Virus record (IMG/VR): IMGVR_UViG_3300046167_000798
DNA: 64,000 nucleotides
Source of the DNA: a virus
Taxonomy: Duplodnaviria > Caudoviricetes
Reading direction: 5' to 3' (one strand)
Both the position numbers and the translations under genes were made by a program. This document shows, piece by piece, positions 60,274-64,000 of the stretch (the first letter of the stretch is position 1; every line of letters starts with the position of its first letter). The notes beneath the pieces were generated by a model. It was not told the DNA's origin. It was given only the letters and a program-made list of their open reading frames with translations, and ran no database searches.

Positions 60274-60743
60274 TCAAGAACTATCTTTATAGTATCTGTA
60301 ATAAGATATTCTCTAATAGTACCTGTTAGTATAAGAGTATCTCCTACCATTGTATTGATTGGTGCTATTACATTATGAACCTTACCATCAACCACATAAG
60401 ATGCTTGATTAGATGTACTTACATCCTCTCCTTGATAAGTCCAAGTAAGATTACTATCCCAACTTACCTTTAATGGTTCATTAGAATAATAGTTATCAAC
60501 AGTACCACTTACTGTATGTATTGTTTGATTTGTATCTTGGTTTAGTGTTAAATGATAATACCCATTACCATCCATCGGTAATCTACCATCTATATCTAAT
60601 GTAGGTTCTTCTAATACTAATATATCATCATCTGGTACTGTACAACTTACAAAAGATGCGAATACTGCTAGTACCGCTATGATAAGAATTATTAGTTTAA
60701 TTCCATCTAATGCGAATTTTTCGGTTTGTTCTTTTCTATTCAT
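60270..60743 (-). CDS. Putative lipoprotein
   Basis: Basic N-terminus, hydrophobic stretch, lipobox-like FVSC, beta-rich body. Confidence 0.55.
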   Translation of the reverse strand: MNRKEQTEKFALDGIKLIILIIAVLAVFASFVSCTVPDDDILVLEEPTLDIDGRLPMDGNGYYHLTLNQDTNQTIHTVSGTVDNYYSNEPLKVSWDSNLTWTYQGEDVSTSNQASYVVDGKVHNVIAPINTMVGDTLILTGTIREYLITDTIKIVLE

Positions 60744-61261
60744 TATAATAATTTTTCCAATATACTATCCCAAGTTGGATATTCATTTGGTTTGTTATCG
60801 TTTTCCCAATCAAATCCAAATCTTAATAGTTTACCACTAAACTCACCAGCTCCATTTTTCAATCTATCATCGATAAGGTAATCACCCATCAACAAATCTT
60901 TTCTGTGAGTAGTAAACATTCTCTTGTGAAAGATATCACCAAAGTAATCTTCTAACCAAAATCTTTTATCAGTAAGAGATTGTGGGTTACCCCATGGAGC
61001 GGAAGTAGCTATGAATAATTCATACTTACCACTATCGTGTAATTTTTTTACTGCCTCAATTGCTCCTTTCATTGGTGGAGCTATTCTGAATAATCCTTGG
61101 ATGTGGTCAGGAAAAGTTTCATACCTCCCCTTTAAATGTGGATGATTAGTAAACCAATCTTCGATTGCTTTACCGAAATCAACTAATACTCCATCCATAT
61201 CGATGTAAACTATTTTTTTCTTCAATACTTTTTGTTTTTTATGGTTATTATTATCACTCAT
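60743..61261 (-). CDS. 5'(3')-deoxyribonucleotidase (NT5C, HAD family)
   Basis: YIDMDGVLVDF, ATSAPW, K..WL, GDYLIDDR. Confidence 0.9.
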   Translation of the reverse strand: MSDNNNHKKQKVLKKKIVYIDMDGVLVDFGKAIEDWFTNHPHLKGRYETFPDHIQGLFRIAPPMKGAIEAVKKLHDSGKYELFIATSAPWGNPQSLTDKRFWLEDYFGDIFHKRMFTTHRKDLLMGDYLIDDRLKNGAGEFSGKLLRFGFDWENDNKPNEYPTWDSILEKLL

Positions 61262-61269
61262 TTACTATG

Positions 61270-61301
61270 TAAATATACGAAAAATATTTGGATTTACCAA
61301 A
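61270..61301 (-). promoter_or_regulatory. Bacteroidota-type promoter overlapping an inverted repeat, upstream of the nucleotidase
   Basis: TTTG-N20-TATATTTA; inverted repeat at 61276-61311. Confidence 0.7.
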
Positions 61302-61329
61302 TATTTTCGTAGTTATTTTACTTTATTTA

Positions 61330-61497
61330 TTATTTTATGTGAGACCTAAATCCCATTACTGGTACATGGCCTGTGATTTCTATTTCTCTTTTCTTGATAA
61401 ATTGTTTAGATACTTTAAGGGTTTCTAAATCAGTTTCATTCATTACCCAATCTTTGAAAAGGTAAGTTAGTAATTTACTTTTAATTGTTTTTATCAT
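61330..61497 (-). CDS. Hypothetical protein (55 aa), not in the ORF track
   Basis: MIKTIKSKLLTYLFKDWVMNETDLETL..., open frame in the array. Confidence 0.5.
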   Translation of the reverse strand: MIKTIKSKLLTYLFKDWVMNETDLETLKVSKQFIKKREIEITGHVPVMGFRSHIK

Positions 61498-61508
61498 AAT
61501 TTTAAGAT

Positions 61509-61700
61509 TTATATTATTTGTGATTTATCTATTAGTGTGTTTACAGTTCCTATTATACTACTACCATAATCTACTGATACTCTAATACAACCATTAAGGT
61601 CTGCATCAAATTCACATTGGTAGTTATTATCGGTAACAATTCCTTCTTGGATTTGTCCATACTTGTTTTCAAATTTTATTTTATCGTTTACTTTTATCAT
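61509..61700 (-). CDS. Hypothetical small beta (SH3-like) protein
   Basis: KVNDKIKFE..G.IQEGIV. Confidence 0.5.
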   Translation of the reverse strand: MIKVNDKIKFENKYGQIQEGIVTDNNYQCEFDADLNGCIRVSVDYGSSIIGTVNTLIDKSQII

Positions 61701-61701
61701 A

Positions 61702-61857
61702 TTAAAATTGTATTAAATCAATGGCCATTTCACCAGTTGGGTTTCCATTTTTGGTTATTTCGTAGTTGGGGTCTGAACCATTTATTATTACATAATTTAC
61801 TAACTCGCCAATCGAGTCAAAAGTTTCAGAAAAATAAGAACAATCTAAAGAATACAT
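61702..61857 (-). CDS. Hypothetical protein (51 aa), not in the ORF track
   Basis: MYSLDCSYFSETFDSIGELVNYVIINGSDPNYEI..., directly behind an early promoter. Confidence 0.6.
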   Translation of the reverse strand: MYSLDCSYFSETFDSIGELVNYVIINGSDPNYEITKNGNPTGEMAIDLIQF

Positions 61858-61863
61858 AGTTTA

Positions 61864-61944
61864 AGTTTTAAGTGTTATTAATTATTTACATAGTAAATAT
61901 ACGAAAAATAAATGATATATCCAAGCAAAAAGTGAATTATTTTT
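61864..61944 (-). repeat. Promoter-cassette direct repeat, copy 1
   Basis: ~75 bp near-identical to 62380-62456; contains CTTG-N20-TATATTTA. Confidence 0.85.
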
Positions 61945-61956
61945 GATTTTTTTTTT

Positions 61957-62033
61957 TGGTGAACCAGACAGGATTCGAACCTGTGACCGTCTGCTTAGAA
62001 GGCAGATGCTCTATCCAACTGAGCTACTGGTCC
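61957..62033 (-). tRNA. trnR: tRNA-Arg (anticodon TCT) with encoded CCA
   Basis: GGACCAG/CTGGTTC acceptor stem, TAGCTCAGTTGGATAGAGCA D-arm, TCTGC-CTTCTAA-GCAGA anticodon arm, GGTTCGAATCC T-arm. Confidence 0.97.
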
Positions 62034-62060
62034 ATACTGTTACGATATAGGTTGTGATTT

Positions 62061-62369
62061 TTATTTTAGGTATTCTGGTCCGAAGTAACTCCACTTATCA
62101 GTTCCATCAAAGATGTTTCCTCGTGAATGTTTGGCCGGTTGGCTCCAAGTAGCGGGTTTAAGTAAATCTCCTTTACAAACAAGAGTACCTTTGAAAACAC
62201 CCTCCCACATAGAAACAAAAGCCCATACTGAACCTTCATCTATTAGTTTCATATACTTCTGTCCTTTTTTTACAGTTAAGGGAGTATATGGTTTATAGGA
62301 ATAGTTTTTGTCCCAATGTTCTTTTCTCTTTTGATTAACTTCATCAAGCCACAATTCAAATTTACTCAT
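62061..62369 (-). CDS. Hypothetical early phage protein
   Basis: KGQKYMKL, SVWAFV, GDLLKPATW..PAKH.RGNIF; lies behind an early promoter. Confidence 0.7.
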   Translation of the reverse strand: MSKFELWLDEVNQKRKEHWDKNYSYKPYTPLTVKKGQKYMKLIDEGSVWAFVSMWEGVFKGTLVCKGDLLKPATWSQPAKHSRGNIFDGTDKWSYFGPEYLK

Positions 62370-62379
62370 AGGTTTTATC

Positions 62380-62456
62380 TTTAGTGTTATTAATTATTTA
62401 CATAGTAAATATACGAAAAATAAATGAGAAATCCAAGCCGAAAGTGAATTATTTTA
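62380..62456 (-). repeat. Promoter-cassette direct repeat, copy 2
   Basis: tagtgttattaattatttacatagtaaatatacgaaaaataaatga..atccaagc..aaagtgaattatttt. Confidence 0.85.
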
Positions 62457-63107
62457 AAATAATTTTGTTGGGTCACCAAACTGTCTATATCTAAATTGTG
62501 GGTCTAATCGTTCATTGAGTAGATTAGAATCTATATTAGGTATCGCCCATTCTTGTATTATCTCTAAAGATTTGATTCTATCTTCTCCATATAAATCCTC
62601 ATACCAAGTTATCGGTATATTAAGAATAGTAGATAGTTCTTTAAGTAATTGTTTTGATTCAATCAAATCTACTTGCTTCTTCTTTTGTAAAAAATTATTA
62701 ATATATTCAGATGGTATCTCTTCATACTTGTATTTTAAATGTACCGATTTTTTATCATAATCCATTTTGTAATGTAAGTTTATATAACTTTCCAAGTGGA
62801 TTTTATAATCTCTCCTATCTAATAAAATAATTTTATCAAATTCTTTTGCAAACAAGGTAATAGAAAATTCTTTATCTTTTGTGTATTTTGGTAAAGGTAA
62901 TTGTTGAATATTAGAATTATCAGAAAATAGAAGGTGCTTAACAGCAATATCTGTTTTATATGAATCCCATCTTAGAGGCCATGGATATTTATTTTTATGC
63001 AGGGGTCTATTATATGGTTCAGATATTTTTTCAAAACCTTGGTCAGCTATTCTATAAAGTAGAGTAGATGTTCCTGTTCTAGGTAGAGCAAGTATTAATA
63101 CTTTCAT
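62454..63107 (-). CDS. Sulfotransferase-like P-loop protein (Stf0/Sulfotransfer_3-like)
   Basis: ILALPRTGTSTL (5'-PSB-like), SEPYN, ILLDRRD..HLES, WYEDL. Confidence 0.55.
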   Translation of the reverse strand: MKVLILALPRTGTSTLLYRIADQGFEKISEPYNRPLHKNKYPWPLRWDSYKTDIAVKHLLFSDNSNIQQLPLPKYTKDKEFSITLFAKEFDKIILLDRRDYKIHLESYINLHYKMDYDKKSVHLKYKYEEIPSEYINNFLQKKKQVDLIESKQLLKELSTILNIPITWYEDLYGEDRIKSLEIIQEWAIPNIDSNLLNERLDPQFRYRQFGDPTKLF

Positions 63108-63772
63108 TACGCATAATTTTGTAATAACCTTAGTATCTCATCTAAAGATTCATGTCTGTGGTTATCTAATAGATTAACTGAGTAAACATATTTAGATTCT
63201 TTAACCTTTGGTACTTCATGTATAGCGGAATCATTAGCAAACTTTAAATCAATTTGTTGAGGGTCTCCACAAAGAATCATAGTAGAACCTTTACCTAATC
63301 TACCCAATACCATACTAAGTTGTTGTTTAGTTAAGTTTTGAAACTCATCTACAATGACACAAGCATTATCAAATGTTCTACCTCTAAAGTGAGATAAAGA
63401 TACCAACTCAATCTTTTCATCTGCTTCCATCTTTTGTAAAATGGCAGGTTTGTTATAAACCTTTCTCATATTAGAACGAATTGGAACTAACCAAGGCTCC
63501 ATCTTCTCATCAAGTGAACCAGGTAGGTATCCATTATCCTCGTTTGATACGGTTGGTCTTGTTATAATGATTTGGTTTATCTTTCGTTGAAAGTACATAT
63601 CTAATCCAATTTGTACTGCAAGTAATGTTTTTCCACTTCCTGCTTTTCCAAGAACAAAGTTATAAGGATGATATAAGATATTTGTCTTAGCCATCTTTTG
63701 TTCTTCTGATAATGATATTGAAAATCTAACCTTTCCCTTTGGTGGGTTTTTGCTAATGTTTTCTGTTGCCAT
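63107..63772 (-). CDS. phoH: PhoH-family ATPase
   Basis: GKAGSGKT, ITRP, GYLPGSLDEKM.PW, RGRTF, DEFQN, GDPQQID. Confidence 0.95.
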   Translation of the reverse strand: MATENISKNPPKGKVRFSISLSEEQKMAKTNILYHPYNFVLGKAGSGKTLLAVQIGLDMYFQRKINQIIITRPTVSNEDNGYLPGSLDEKMEPWLVPIRSNMRKVYNKPAILQKMEADEKIELVSLSHFRGRTFDNACVIVDEFQNLTKQQLSMVLGRLGKGSTMILCGDPQQIDLKFANDSAIHEVPKVKESKYVYSVNLLDNHRHESLDEILRLLQNYA

Positions 63773-63793
63773 TTTTTTCTCTTTCTTTTTATT

Positions 63794-64000
63794 TTAAATT
63801 AACTGTTGTTTTCTAAAACTAGAATATACATTAACTATTGGTATATTATATTTTAATAATACTGCAGTTAGTGCACTTCCTTCACCATAACCAATTCCAT
63901 GTCTACTGTACCTATTTAGTTTTTCGTTCTTCCATGTTCGGTTACCAAAATTACGTTCTACAATAGATTGTAATTCTATTATATCTTTTTTTATATTTTC
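63794..64000 (-). CDS. 3' end of a hypothetical protein (truncated by the window edge)
   Basis: Open frame ending ...YNIPIVNVYSSFRKQQLI-stop. Confidence 0.5.
   Translation of the reverse strand, partial: ENIKKDIIELQSIVERNFGNRTWKNEKLNRYSRHGIGYGEGSALTAVLLKYNIPIVNVYSSFRKQQLI

Noticed and set aside
61864-62456. CRISPR array or attachment site at the tRNA
   Set aside because: Only two repeat copies, which are promoters; no duplicated tRNA 3' end and no integrase in the window
217-62760. Numerous plus-strand ORFs in the track (e.g. 217..627, 15260..15640, 34854..35204, 54881..55288, 56107..56463)
   Set aside because: Antisense shadows of well-supported minus-strand genes; no motifs, RBS or promoter context
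1-64000. Stop-codon reassignment (genetic code 15 or 4)
   Set aside because: Very long ORFs (1,762 and 1,913 aa) are open in code 11, and the breaks are explained by frame changes rather than in-frame TAG/TGA

Overview
AT-rich, gene-dense segment of a large tailed dsDNA phage (contractile-tail, distantly T4-like). Essentially all genes lie on the minus strand. Seven copies of a Bacteroidota-type sigma70 promoter (YTTG-N20-TAnnTTWR) and a Flavobacteriia-like SecA-type tail on the peptide deformylase point to a Bacteroidota host. Layout: (1) 1-10.2 kb, a glycan/modification locus with radical SAM, SGNH-like protein, three GT7 (beta-1,4-galactosyltransferase-like) paralogs each carrying a LamG domain inserted inside the catalytic fold, a cytidylyltransferase, GT2, a methyltransferase and GT4. 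(2) 10.4-19.5 kb, tail-fibre chaperone and a ~2,840-aa tail fibre. (3) 19.5-24.8 kb, a lone plus-strand RHH gene, a fused Mre11-Rad50 (SbcD-SbcC), primase, GIY-YIG nuclease and sulfotransferase. (4) 25-43 kb, tail/baseplate module (gp6-, gp25-, gp5-like). (5) 43.5-64 kb, carbamoyltransferase, gp55-like sigma factor, lysozyme, Def, MetK, ThyA, SET, SF2 helicase, flavodoxin-like protein, MazG, UvsE, IscA, Hsp20, 5'-nucleotidase, tRNA-Arg(TCT), a second sulfotransferase-like protein and PhoH. About 20 apparent frameshifts, many at short base runs, split otherwise intact genes; these are most likely long-read errors. The best candidate for an undescribed system is the GT7-LamG glycosylation locus next to the tail-fibre gene. 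All family calls come from motif recognition by eye; no database search was run.
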